Shown here piece after piece: positions 1-9,944 of a stretch of DNA of 64,000 nucleotides. The DNA is from an uncultured archaeon. Lineage in GTDB: Archaea > Asgardarchaeota > Lokiarchaeia > Sigyniarchaeales > SOKP01. Where the stretch lies: the NCBI GenBank assembly GCA_964493715.1, contig CAZBPC010000004.1, positions 40,563 to 104,562 of the forward strand. The letters run 5' to 3'. How positions within the stretch are numbered: the first letter of the stretch is position 1; every line of letters starts with the position of its first letter. Below the pieces are notes generated by a model, which was not told the origin of the DNA, ran no database searches, and saw only the letters and a program-made list of their open reading frames with translations. The translations under genes and the position numbers were made by a program.

Positions 1-2
1 CA

Positions 3-149
3 TCCTATTATGATTGGTCATTAGGTTTTAAAAGTAGTACTGACAATGAAATTTCAAAAACCCCAACTTTAAGGAGTATCAATTCTTTAGGCCTCTCAGA
101 TGATGATTTTAAAAATTATATCAAGCAGTGGAAATCAAAAAATCTTTAG
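3..149 (+). CDS. 3' end of a CDS truncated by the window edge (hypothetical)
   Basis: Frame +3 is open from the window start (SYYDWSLGFKSS...YIKQWKSKNL) to TAG at 147-149 and converges on the giant ORF. Confidence 0.55.
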   Translation, partial: SYYDWSLGFKSSTDNEISKTPTLRSINSLGLSDDDFKNYIKQWKSKNL

Positions 150-244
150 TTGTAATGTATTATAAAAACCTAATTCTTTTTCATCGTTTTCAAAGATAAA
201 TCTTGTTATCTCACATTTATATGAAAAAAATTTATAATTCAAGT

Positions 245-3200
245 TTAAACGTTAAATTCCGTGAACAATAAAATTGCGAGTAATATAAACCATATTATCA
301 CGACAATTATTAAAGTAGTTGTAAGGTAGAATCGCCATTTGATTGATATCTTCTGCTTCTTCTCAGTTCTATAGATATATACCTCAACAATAGCTCCTAA
401 TGCTAATAATGAGGATAAAATAATTATCAATCCTAATAAAGGTTCCATATAAGGTAATATGAAAACGAATATAAAAGCAGTCATGCTAATCCAAACCGTT
501 CCAAACCTAGTCATTCTTGTTCTGAAGATTGTATCAATATCATCGGTTCTTCTTGTAGGTAATAAGCCAAGCAGAATTCCGAATATAGCAGCACCAAGTA
601 GAGATGAATGGAAAACATTTAAGGCTGTTGGTAATACAATCGGATATACAGAGAAAACATAACCAATGAGTATACCCGCGCCTGCACAGAGTATAAATTT
701 GATTGCTACATAACTTCGTTTGAGAAAATTGTATATGCCGTGTAATATCTTATTAATGAATGTTCGAAGAGAAAGTATCGCTTTTCTAATGTAATTTACA
801 AAATCATTAAAGAACGCTTTCAACTCTTCCATTAAAAATACGAAAATGTATATCAGAATTCCGATTATGAAAATAGAAATTCCCAAGGTCGTTAAATCTA
901 TGAGAAATAAAGTGGAAAATACCTCAAGAAAAACAGTAAGAGTATAGAAAAATGAAATAACTCTTCTTCTCTTATAGGGATTATAAATAATACCGAATTC
1001 TAAAGTAGCTACCAATAAAGTGCACCATATATTAAAGAACACCATTCCAGGATTAATAATATTAAGTAGTAAAAAGGTATCAATTGGGATGCCGAATCCT
1101 AATATTAATAAAGAGATAGATTTAAGCCTCTTTGAAGTTTTTTCATTTAATGCTCCGACTGTCTTATCAAATCTCAGGAAAATAAATAGCACTACAAAAG
1201 CGAATATAATTAAATTCAAGTCTAATACTATGTCTGTAGTAATAAAATAGAGTGACCAAGAAGAGAAATTGAAATACAAAACAGCAATTAACGCCTTGTT
1301 AACAGCTTTTTTAGTCCCAGTGAGTTTTGTTAAATAGAATAATTCTATTTCTATAATAAATATTAAAATTGGAATAATCTGAATAGTAGAAGCCAAGATC
1401 AAGTCAATGATATACATAAACGAAACGATATTTATTGAAGCTAGAGAGATCACTAATAAGAATTTTGATAAACGACCCAAAAATAGTAAAAGAACTCTGT
1501 CTATTAATACCAATATATGAATAAAAACGCTGATTATAATAGAAATCTGGATGATTGGAAGTCCAAGGAAAATTAGATATGAAGCAAAACATAAGACTAA
1601 TCCAAGATAAAATATATTACCGATTATTTTTTGTCTTTTAATAGCGCCAAGTTCAAAATCATTCGCTCTTTCAGGATTATTCCTTCGCCTCATGTTATAA
1701 TAAGCATAATTAGAATAAAACTGTAATAAGATTATTGGGAGAAATAAGAATTCTATTACATGTAGTTCTGTTTGGGTAGCAAGAATATAAAATATACATG
1801 AACCAGATATCATTAATAGACTGAAAATATGCATAATATACCCTATTATTTCCCTCAAACCTTTTATACCATAAATTTCAATGATAGAAATGATGAACAA
1901 AAGTATTTGAGATAAGAGGAGGCTTGTAAAACTATTTAAATACAAATTAAAGAATCCAAAAGCAAGGATAGATATCTCGACATAGACGCAGAATTGGATT
2001 GTTGTGAACATTTTTTGAATTTTCAGTTTACTTGTTTCATTGACAGCATATTTCTTCTTCAAACGTAAGGGATATACCGCTAGAATTGTTTCAATTAGTG
2101 CGATAAAACTAAACCAGAATATGGAGATCGAATTTGGAGTTAATAGCAAGAATTGTAAATCTACCAAAGCTAACGTCCAAAAGACAATTAAACAGGATTG
2201 AAATAATATAAATATGCTAAGTTTTAACATGTACTTACTTTTCGTTCTCATTTTCTGGTTGAAAATGCTATTCAGTATGAAGAAAAACAAACTAAATAAC
2301 GTTAAAAATAAAAATATCGAAGTAAATTCTTGAAATGCATAAAACTGGGTTAAAATTGAATTGATTTGAAGTGCACCATACACGCAAACAAGTAGATAAA
2401 GCGCATTTGAGAGAACAAGATAAGAATTTGATTTATATAGTTCTAACTTTTCATCAGTATATCTATTCATTGATTTTAAGATTGAAAAGAATACATGTAC
2501 AGAATAATTCTGGAGTAATAAAAATAGAAACAAGTATAACCAGATTAATATAGAATTTGCACCTGAAATAGATTGCATTGCAAATAAGAATAATGTAATT
2601 GAAGCTCCTAAATAACTTATCAAGTTAATAAGACTTATATACCCTTTCTTTATCTTTCTTCTAAATACATAAAGATCTAGGAAAGTTAAAGCAAATAGTA
2701 TTGATAATGATATTATAATAATTAGAAACATATCGATAATTCCTAAATCAATTAATAAATTAGTGGAAAGAATAGTTGTGTCGAAATATAAAATGAGTCC
2801 GAAAACAGGCTTAATACTTTTAGAAATTGGCACAAGTTGACAAATAAGGGTATATAGCAATATTCCCAATAAAAGAATGGTTATAGGTGCAGAAATGGCA
2901 GTGATTAAAATAAATCCTTGAATTATTAGTAAGGTAAATGCTATAGGTATCATGTACCATATTATATATTTGTAATTGTGCAGTTTAAAATTGAGAAAGA
3001 TGAGGTTTATTAGAAGAAATAAACCACTAATTAGAAACCAAGCTCCTCCAGGTAATATCAATAAGATTAATGAACTAATCGTTAATGAAACACCTAAACT
3101 AACTGCTAAATACGCAATGAGACCAGAAATTGGCATTAAACGTTCATATGGACCCCAAAGCATTTTATAACGATTAAAAATGAAAAATGTTAATCCTCCA

Positions 3201-6200
3201 ACGATTAGAGCTAAAAATAATGCATTCCATCCAAAGCCTTCTATAAGGATAAAGGTATGATAAGTCAAAAACGAAAAAGATAATAAAAGTGTCCAGGAAA
3301 TCAAGAAATTAAGTATAATCTTATTCATTTTAAATAATCGAGAGGAAAAGAGAGATGCTGAGGTGATAATTAGTGTTAAATCAAGAGAAGTCCATGGATT
3401 TCCTCCTGTAATTAGGTACATCAAATCAAAAACTATAAGAGAAATTCCTGTTATTAAAACCAAATATGAAATTAAGAGAGAAAAATTACGTTTTGTTCTC
3501 ATGTTAGGGAAATATGATAGGAAAAAACAAGAAATCCCAGTAACAGTAATATCAACAGGAATAATGGAATCATATAACCCAATTTCAATAAATACGAAAT
3601 TGATAAAAGAAATTGAAACAAAGGTAAAAAGAATCCAGAAGACCATCAATATTTTCCATAATTTCAATTTATAGATAATTGGCATTAGTAAAAATATTGC
3701 AAATAATCCAAATGACGAATTAAGAAGAAATTCATTCCAGCTAAATATGTTTTGGCTGAACCAATATAATAGAGCTAAATTGATCGCCCAGGTACCAAAT
3801 AAAATTGAAGTAAAGTTTTTCTTAATCCAAGTATACCAAAATGGAAATGAAATTAAAATACATACCACGAAAGCTAACAAGTAGGATCCTGGAATGTTAA
3901 ATCCAAAAAGATTTAAAGCTCTAGTAGCTACATAATCAACACCTGTAAAAGCTCGAGCAATTAATGCATAATTAACTATCGGGAAAAGTATCCATAACCA
4001 AAATCCCGTTTTCCATATCGCCCATGATATTTTCCATTGATATATACCAATTGAAAGATAATAGAGGAAGATACCCACATTAAGAGATATGATTAATGGG
4101 ATCCACAGCTCTATAAGGGGATAAATGGAAATAATGAAAAAATAAATAAATAACGGGGCAGTAATTATGATGGCAGGTAACACGATGAAATAAGAAAGTT
4201 TTCTAAATCTCTGAGGTGATTCATTATATAATGAAACAAAAGTAAACCCTGTTAAGCTGAAAGTTGATGTGAAACTCAAAATTGATTGATATACAGCAAA
4301 TGGAGGGTTATTAAACATAAACCCATAAAAAATAAAGCTTGTTAAATCAAACACCGCTAAAACAACACAGGGTCTAATGAATAGCTTGTATCTTGGATCA
4401 TTTTTCGTATAATAAAAATTTCCCATCAATGCTAAGAAAATTAATAATGAAATACTGATGTTATATAATGGAGGTAAGAAACCAAACAAGCTTATATATG
4501 ATAATGTTGAAATTAGGAAATATACAACATATTTTTCTATATTATTTATCATCTTTAGATTTAGATTTATTGAAATTATTAGGATTACTATCAGTATTGA
4601 ATCAGTAATGAGTAAAAATACGGGAGTTTGTATTGCCACAAAAAATATAGAATAAGGTTGCATTAAAGATACAATAACTACAAGACCTGTAAACGTGAAT
4701 AACAAATACGTCACCCATTTGATTATTAAATTTTTATTCCTTCGAATTAAAAGGATAATTACAGAGATTAACCATAAAACAATTCCTAAAGTAGAATTAG
4801 AATAGAAAAATGGAATTAAAGCTAAAAATGATTTTAAATAAAGATTTAATAAGTTTGAACTATTTAAAAAAGTCCTAAGTTCTCCCAATCTCATTGAAAC
4901 ATAGTTTAAATAAAAGAACAAGTTACAAATTAGTAAAACTATTAGGATTGTATTATTAATTTCAAAAAATGGTATCAAAATCATTAAATTCCAAAACAAG
5001 TGAACATATAGAAATAATAGAGCTCCATAAAATAATACAATCATGATCGAATTAATGACTTTATTAGGTTTATTATGAATTATAATGATATTTCTGATCA
5101 AATTCATCGTTATAGGACTCAAAAATGAAAATACTAAAATCGATGAACTTATCGCTATAAAGAACGAAAATATTGACAGGTATGCAAATAATAAAGAGCA
5201 CGTGATGACTTTTACAATACTCCACGATGATAATAACAAGATAATCCTCGTTTTCTCAAATTCTATTTCCATGCTCTGGGTACTCAATGTTAATAGTAAA
5301 AATACTAGGGAAAAGAATCCTAATTGCAATACAATCGGTATGAAGGTGAATGAAGGAATTGGAATTAATCCAAGCAACGGATAAAATAGAGATGTTATTA
5401 AGCCAGAAGTTGCTAAAATAATAGCAAAAAAGCTAAAATTTTTATAAAACTCATAGATCTTATATATCTTGTAAAAATCTAATTTTAAATCTGGATTTTC
5501 AAAGATTCTTTGCTTTATGTCATCGATAATAGTTAAAACGTTCAAATTTAAGGTTAGAAAAGCGAGAAAAGTACAACTAAGAACGATATAGAAAAGTTGA
5601 TTAATTTGAGAGGGATTAAAATAAAGAAAGATTTTGAAGGAAACTAATAAGGAAATAGAAATCCAAATAGTGAGTTGAATAATTTTCAGAAATAATTTAC
5701 TAATATCTTTTAAAGTTATGTTATCAAGGATATATTCTAGGTATTTAAGGAAAATATAGATGAGAATGATGGTTGAAATAATTACATAAAAATTATCTAT
5801 TTGTATTCCCAGTCTAATAAATTCATATCCTACAAATGTTGGTAATGAAATTATCAATAAGGAAAGAATGATTCCATTAATTACAAGTAATTTTTTGAAT
5901 AGATCAACATATAATTTAGTTTTTAAAGCATATTTTATAGCAATTAGGAATATTACACTAAATACTAAAAATGGGATGATCCATTGAAATGAAGTCCCTT
6001 TAGTTAAGTATTCAAATGATAAGTATGAAACTATCCCTGATGTAAAGATAAGTGAAACTAAATTTATCAATTTGCTGAAAGAAATCGAGAATATAATGCC
6101 CTGTTCCGATAATAACATAACTAGTAATCCAATGATGATAAATGAGAGGTAGCATGAAACCCAGAAATCTAAAAATGTGAAGAGGATAAACACGGTTACC

Positions 6201-9200
6201 ACAAATACGTAAATTTCAATGAATAGAATGGAATATAAAGTAATTGCTGTTTTTTTTGATACATGTATTGGTTTTATATATTTTTTCTTAAATCCGTGTT
6301 TAATCAAATAATATATGGCAATTGTAATGTATATAATATCTGCAATCAATGCAAGAATGTAAAAATCAAATAAATAATAGTAGAATTCAGAGGATATTAG
6401 TAGAAATACTAATAGATTCAATAAATAAAGAGAGAAATAAGAAATCTTTTTGAATTTTTCTTGATTAATGAAATTTTTCCTGGAGACATAATAAAATGGA
6501 ATATAAGAGGTTAATAGAATGAGAATTAAAGAGAAATAAAAGGAAATAAAATCCAATTGGAAATAAGAGGGAATAATAAATAAGTTAGACATATTTCCAA
6601 TTGTATAAAGCCAAATCAACACTTCTCCATAAAAAAGCGTGATACTCGTTAATTTAGTATTTATATTATCAACTGATTTTACAAAAAGAGTAGCAAAATT
6701 AGTTAAACCACTCAGTAATAGCATTGAAATCAATATCGAAAATGTAAGTTGGTTAAAAGGGGGAGGTAAAAATCTAAGAGAAAGGTCATTAAATATGATA
6801 AATAGAGCTATGCCTAATGGATAATAAATATTTTTTAAAAATCTTTGATAAAACCTATCTTGAAAGTATCCTAATTTCACTCCAACTTTAAAAATACCAA
6901 TGTAACAACCTATTAAGAAGATAATACTAGAAGAAGTTCCAATTATGAGGTATTCGTTGTAAAATAGCAAGAGATAATTGATAATAAAGGAGAATAAGGT
7001 TACTACTATTACGTTCAAAGCAATAAAACAATAGTTAACGAACACTTTTCGTTTTAAAATTTTTGCATAAGCTAAATAACCCAAAGGGATGATTGTTGTA
7101 ATTGATGTTTCGATTATAAGTCCATACAGAAATAAAATTCCCTGATAATTAAATATAAAGTACAACCATTCTAATACAAACCATCCATAACCTATAGTGA
7201 AGGAAGTTATAGCAGTTTTTACTTTTTTAATGAACGGACTTTTGGAAGAACCTCCCAGGTTAATAATAAAGCAAACTACACATGTTGAAAAAAAGTAAGC
7301 TATTATCCTTTCTAATCCCATATTTAGAATAAAATATTGGGAAGACATGAAGAATGTTTCAGTAATTATTAAAAAACCATTAATATTGAATAAAGTAGTG
7401 TATGATTTCTCCGATATTTTTCCAATTTTTTTCCCTAATGTCAATGCTAAATGGATTAAAATTGAGAGTAATAGAAAATCTAATAATACAGCTGGTACAT
7501 CACCAAGTGAGTGAACGATTAGCGAAGCAAAAATACTGAAGATCAAAACCCAGATTGAATTGTAAATGTTATTTATACAGCTTTCACGAGTGAATAAATG
7601 AATTAAATAATTAAATGATGAGAATAAAATATAAACCAAGGGAATCATTAGTGAAGAAAGTGCTAAATTTTGATAAATGGTCACATAACTCAACTGATAA
7701 GACCTAACATTTACTAGATAATAAATAATCGAAATTATAGATAAAAAGTTAACCACAAACCAAACCCTTAATGTTTTCCAAGAATTTTTATAAAAATGCC
7801 TTAAATATAGGAGATACAATGAAAATAAGATACCAATTAAACCGGGAAGTAAAATGTTGGAAATAAAGAGGATCCATGGATTTGTGGTAAATGAAATAAA
7901 TTCTAGAGTTAGGTTAGGGTATAAAGTATAGATTATAAAATAGAAACTTATTACCGCTAAAATATTTTGGGCAATCAAAATGTTCTTTTCCTTATAATAA
8001 TCCATTGAAACGAATATTTGCAACAAAAAATATGAGGAAATGAAAAAAATGATGAATTGGATATTATACGCTTCTAGAAGGCTTGAAAATATCTGTGGAA
8101 TGAGTATAAAAGATATTGTTGCTAACAGTACAAAACTATTTAATAAATGAACATGTCTACTTAGATTTCTGGTGATAAATCCTTTCTTTTCTTCTGCACT
8201 TGTAATAATATAGATAATTGGTAAGAATAATAGATTAAGAAAAGCTAAGTGATGAACAAATGAGAATGATAATATTAAGGAAATTAACAAGAGTGATAAA
8301 ACGAAATTTTGCTTGAAATACTTATTTTCCTGAATTTCTTCAGTTCCTATCCTTTGAAGTTGATTCTGATAATAAGTTGTAACGTAAAGTATCAATTTAA
8401 AATTGATTATTACGAAAATCAATGAAAAAAATGTAGCATTAATAATGTCGTAAGTACTAAATGAAGATATTCCCAAAAGTGTATATACTCCTATTATATC
8501 AAATGGTAACTGAATAATGAGGATTAAATCTAATGTCAGTATTGTTTTTACAAAATTTCGTTTATATAGTATTAAATCTCTCAGTATGTTTTCATTGTTG
8601 AGGATTCCGTCTTCTATTTTCTTTGAATATGATTTGGATGATAACAGTGCTACTGAATAGAAGATTATATTTGTTATTAAAGCAAAAAACCAAGACAATT
8701 TGGTATTAAATGAAACTGATAAGAAAATAACTTGTATAATGTAATTTATGAAAATAATAATATTATGAGGTTGCTTCAAAACATGCTCAGATTTACTAAA
8801 ATTCTTAAATTCCCTTTCAGTCATGCTAAAGTAATCAATAGGTTGGAAATAATAATAGAAATACACAATATTGTATAATACTGCAAACCCAATTAATGGA
8901 AGTAGTTCAAATTCGTTGGTACGATAATTCTCAGTAAAAAATAAAAATAGAGGGGTATCTACCAACGAAATTATGGTTATAATAAACGTGATATGAATTC
9001 GAGATCGAGGATTATTTATTTTATTAAGAAATATAGAATTTTTTCTGTATTTATCAAATGGTCTATAAAAAAGCAAAACAGCGAATAGAAAAGCAATAAT
9101 AGATAATCCAACCGAAATTATGATATCTTTTATAAGGAAATTGAAAATAAAGTAAGATATAATTGCAAACAATGCGGGAAATACAATTAAATATAATGAA

Positions 9201-9277
9201 AACCATAAAATTTTCCATAAAGACTCCGTGGCCTTTACTATTCTCTCTTGCGAATTTTCTGATCCATTAGAATTCAT
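245..9277 (-). CDS. Giant polytopic membrane protein (3010 aa), unknown function
   Basis: Uninterrupted 9-kb ORF with continuous ~20-aa hydrophobic segments separated by short loops, many Lys/Arg-rich. No recognisable soluble domain. Confidence 0.9.
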   Translation of the reverse strand: MNSNGSENSQERIVKATESLWKILWFSLYLIVFPALFAIISYFIFNFLIKDIIISVGLSIIAFLFAVLLFYRPFDKYRKNSIFLNKINNPRSRIHITFIITIISLVDTPLFLFFTENYRTNEFELLPLIGFAVLYNIVYFYYYFQPIDYFSMTEREFKNFSKSEHVLKQPHNIIIFINYIIQVIFLSVSFNTKLSWFFALITNIIFYSVALLSSKSYSKKIEDGILNNENILRDLILYKRNFVKTILTLDLILIIQLPFDIIGVYTLLGISSFSTYDIINATFFSLIFVIINFKLILYVTTYYQNQLQRIGTEEIQENKYFKQNFVLSLLLISLILSFSFVHHLAFLNLLFLPIIYIITSAEEKKGFITRNLSRHVHLLNSFVLLATISFILIPQIFSSLLEAYNIQFIIFFISSYFLLQIFVSMDYYKEKNILIAQNILAVISFYFIIYTLYPNLTLEFISFTTNPWILFISNILLPGLIGILFSLYLLYLRHFYKNSWKTLRVWFVVNFLSIISIIYYLVNVRSYQLSYVTIYQNLALSSLMIPLVYILFSSFNYLIHLFTRESCINNIYNSIWVLIFSIFASLIVHSLGDVPAVLLDFLLLSILIHLALTLGKKIGKISEKSYTTLFNINGFLIITETFFMSSQYFILNMGLERIIAYFFSTCVVCFIINLGGSSKSPFIKKVKTAITSFTIGYGWFVLEWLYFIFNYQGILFLYGLIIETSITTIIPLGYLAYAKILKRKVFVNYCFIALNVIVVTLFSFIINYLLLFYNEYLIIGTSSSIIFLIGCYIGIFKVGVKLGYFQDRFYQRFLKNIYYPLGIALFIIFNDLSLRFLPPPFNQLTFSILISMLLLSGLTNFATLFVKSVDNINTKLTSITLFYGEVLIWLYTIGNMSNLFIIPSYFQLDFISFYFSLILILLTSYIPFYYVSRKNFINQEKFKKISYFSLYLLNLLVFLLISSEFYYYLFDFYILALIADIIYITIAIYYLIKHGFKKKYIKPIHVSKKTAITLYSILFIEIYVFVVTVFILFTFLDFWVSCYLSFIIIGLLVMLLSEQGIIFSISFSKLINLVSLIFTSGIVSYLSFEYLTKGTSFQWIIPFLVFSVIFLIAIKYALKTKLYVDLFKKLLVINGIILSLLIISLPTFVGYEFIRLGIQIDNFYVIISTIILIYIFLKYLEYILDNITLKDISKLFLKIIQLTIWISISLLVSFKIFLYFNPSQINQLFYIVLSCTFLAFLTLNLNVLTIIDDIKQRIFENPDLKLDFYKIYKIYEFYKNFSFFAIILATSGLITSLFYPLLGLIPIPSFTFIPIVLQLGFFSLVFLLLTLSTQSMEIEFEKTRIILLLSSWSIVKVITCSLLFAYLSIFSFFIAISSSILVFSFLSPITMNLIRNIIIIHNKPNKVINSIMIVLFYGALLFLYVHLFWNLMILIPFFEINNTILIVLLICNLFFYLNYVSMRLGELRTFLNSSNLLNLYLKSFLALIPFFYSNSTLGIVLWLISVIILLIRRNKNLIIKWVTYLLFTFTGLVVIVSLMQPYSIFFVAIQTPVFLLITDSILIVILIISINLNLKMINNIEKYVVYFLISTLSYISLFGFLPPLYNISISLLIFLALMGNFYYTKNDPRYKLFIRPCVVLAVFDLTSFIFYGFMFNNPPFAVYQSILSFTSTFSLTGFTFVSLYNESPQRFRKLSYFIVLPAIIITAPLFIYFFIISIYPLIELWIPLIISLNVGIFLYYLSIGIYQWKISWAIWKTGFWLWILFPIVNYALIARAFTGVDYVATRALNLFGFNIPGSYLLAFVVCILISFPFWYTWIKKNFTSILFGTWAINLALLYWFSQNIFSWNEFLLNSSFGLFAIFLLMPIIYKLKLWKILMVFWILFTFVSISFINFVFIEIGLYDSIIPVDITVTGISCFFLSYFPNMRTKRNFSLLISYLVLITGISLIVFDLMYLITGGNPWTSLDLTLIITSASLFSSRLFKMNKIILNFLISWTLLLSFSFLTYHTFILIEGFGWNALFLALIVGGLTFFIFNRYKMLWGPYERLMPISGLIAYLAVSLGVSLTISSLILLILPGGAWFLISGLFLLINLIFLNFKLHNYKYIIWYMIPIAFTLLIIQGFILITAISAPITILLLGILLYTLICQLVPISKSIKPVFGLILYFDTTILSTNLLIDLGIIDMFLIIIISLSILFALTFLDLYVFRRKIKKGYISLINLISYLGASITLFLFAMQSISGANSILIWLYLFLFLLLQNYSVHVFFSILKSMNRYTDEKLELYKSNSYLVLSNALYLLVCVYGALQINSILTQFYAFQEFTSIFLFLTLFSLFFFILNSIFNQKMRTKSKYMLKLSIFILFQSCLIVFWTLALVDLQFLLLTPNSISIFWFSFIALIETILAVYPLRLKKKYAVNETSKLKIQKMFTTIQFCVYVEISILAFGFFNLYLNSFTSLLLSQILLFIISIIEIYGIKGLREIIGYIMHIFSLLMISGSCIFYILATQTELHVIEFLFLPIILLQFYSNYAYYNMRRRNNPERANDFELGAIKRQKIIGNIFYLGLVLCFASYLIFLGLPIIQISIIISVFIHILVLIDRVLLLFLGRLSKFLLVISLASINIVSFMYIIDLILASTIQIIPILIFIIEIELFYLTKLTGTKKAVNKALIAVLYFNFSSWSLYFITTDIVLDLNLIIFAFVVLFIFLRFDKTVGALNEKTSKRLKSISLLILGFGIPIDTFLLLNIINPGMVFFNIWCTLLVATLEFGIIYNPYKRRRVISFFYTLTVFLEVFSTLFLIDLTTLGISIFIIGILIYIFVFLMEELKAFFNDFVNYIRKAILSLRTFINKILHGIYNFLKRSYVAIKFILCAGAGILIGYVFSVYPIVLPTALNVFHSSLLGAAIFGILLGLLPTRRTDDIDTIFRTRMTRFGTVWISMTAFIFVFILPYMEPLLGLIIILSSLLALGAIVEVYIYRTEKKQKISIKWRFYLTTTLIIVVIIWFILLAILLFTEFNV

Positions 9278-9406
9278 TAGGAAACCCTCTTTTTTTATTC
9301 TTGTTTTATAAAATTAAACACATACAAAAATGTTATGCAACATATCATCCTAGAACTTTTTTATTTAAAAAGATAAGATCAAAGATTTCGGGTAAAAAGC
9401 AGAAGA

Positions 9407-9477
9407 TGCCCCTTAATTAAAATTTTTAGGGGCAAAATTCCGATTAATGGGAATAAACTCCCATAAAATTTATAAAG
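9407..9477 (+). promoter_or_regulatory. Two inverted repeats followed by a BRE/TATA-like box
   Basis: TGCCCCT(9407-9413)/AGGGGCA(9428-9434) and ATGGGA(9447-9452)/TCCCAT(9459-9464), directly followed by AAAATTTATAAAG (9465-9477). Confidence 0.45.
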
Positions 9478-9501
9478 TAATTCCCCCTTAATCTTTTTAG
9501 C

Positions 9502-9646
9502 ATAATGTTTATTTCACATCATAATACTACCTGTACACTCGCTGGCTATAATAGAGCCATTATTCCCGTAGTATTATGAAGAGAGAACGAATCCTTTTCT
9601 TTTACTCCTTTTTATAACCTTGTAGGATTTGTTCTCTTGACATTAT
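9502..9646 (+). ncRNA. Candidate structured ncRNA or leader (three-way junction)
   Basis: Nested stems: 9502-9508/9640-9646; perfect 12-bp 9519-9530/9568-9579 with inner TGGCT/AGCCA; 14-bp 9582-9595/9624-9637 with one G-U pair. Begins ~25 nt after a TATA-like box. Confidence 0.4.
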
Positions 9647-9714
9647 TACTTCCCACAGAATATAAAATAGGACTAAAGAACTGGATTAATTATCTGCGTG
9701 AGATTTAAAAAAGA

Positions 9715-9918
9715 GTGGAGGTGAAAAAAACGCAAAAGGAATATGCAGAAGGATTTGATCCAAAAGTTATATTAGATTATTATAAAGATTGGAGTTCTGA
9801 AAATAGCCCAGTAATGATGGTCTTGGATAATTATTATGAATATCCTGGAGCTATAGAGTCAGAAGATCAGATTAAAATAGCTTATTTAAGGAAAAAATAC
9901 AAAAAAACGTCAAAATAA
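9715..9918 (+). CDS. Small hypothetical protein (67 aa)
   Basis: Protein-like ORF filling the intergenic gap and converging on dapL; start codon uncertain (GTG 9715 or 9721). Confidence 0.55.
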   Translation: MEVKKTQKEYAEGFDPKVILDYYKDWSSENSPVMMVLDNYYEYPGAIESEDQIKIAYLRKKYKKTSK

Positions 9919-9944
9919 TACAATCCTTTTTAATCTCTTATTTT

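Noticed and set aside
459-6824. Many short + strand ORFs inside the giant gene
   Set aside because: Antisense shadows of Ile/Leu/Phe-rich codons with no independent motifs. The same applies to the other short nested ORFs in the track.
9576-9641. Possible SECIS element (ATGA...stem...TGA)
   Set aside because: The loop is pyrimidine-rich without the apical AA motif, the tandem GA register is imperfect, and no in-frame TGA selenoprotein candidate lies nearby.
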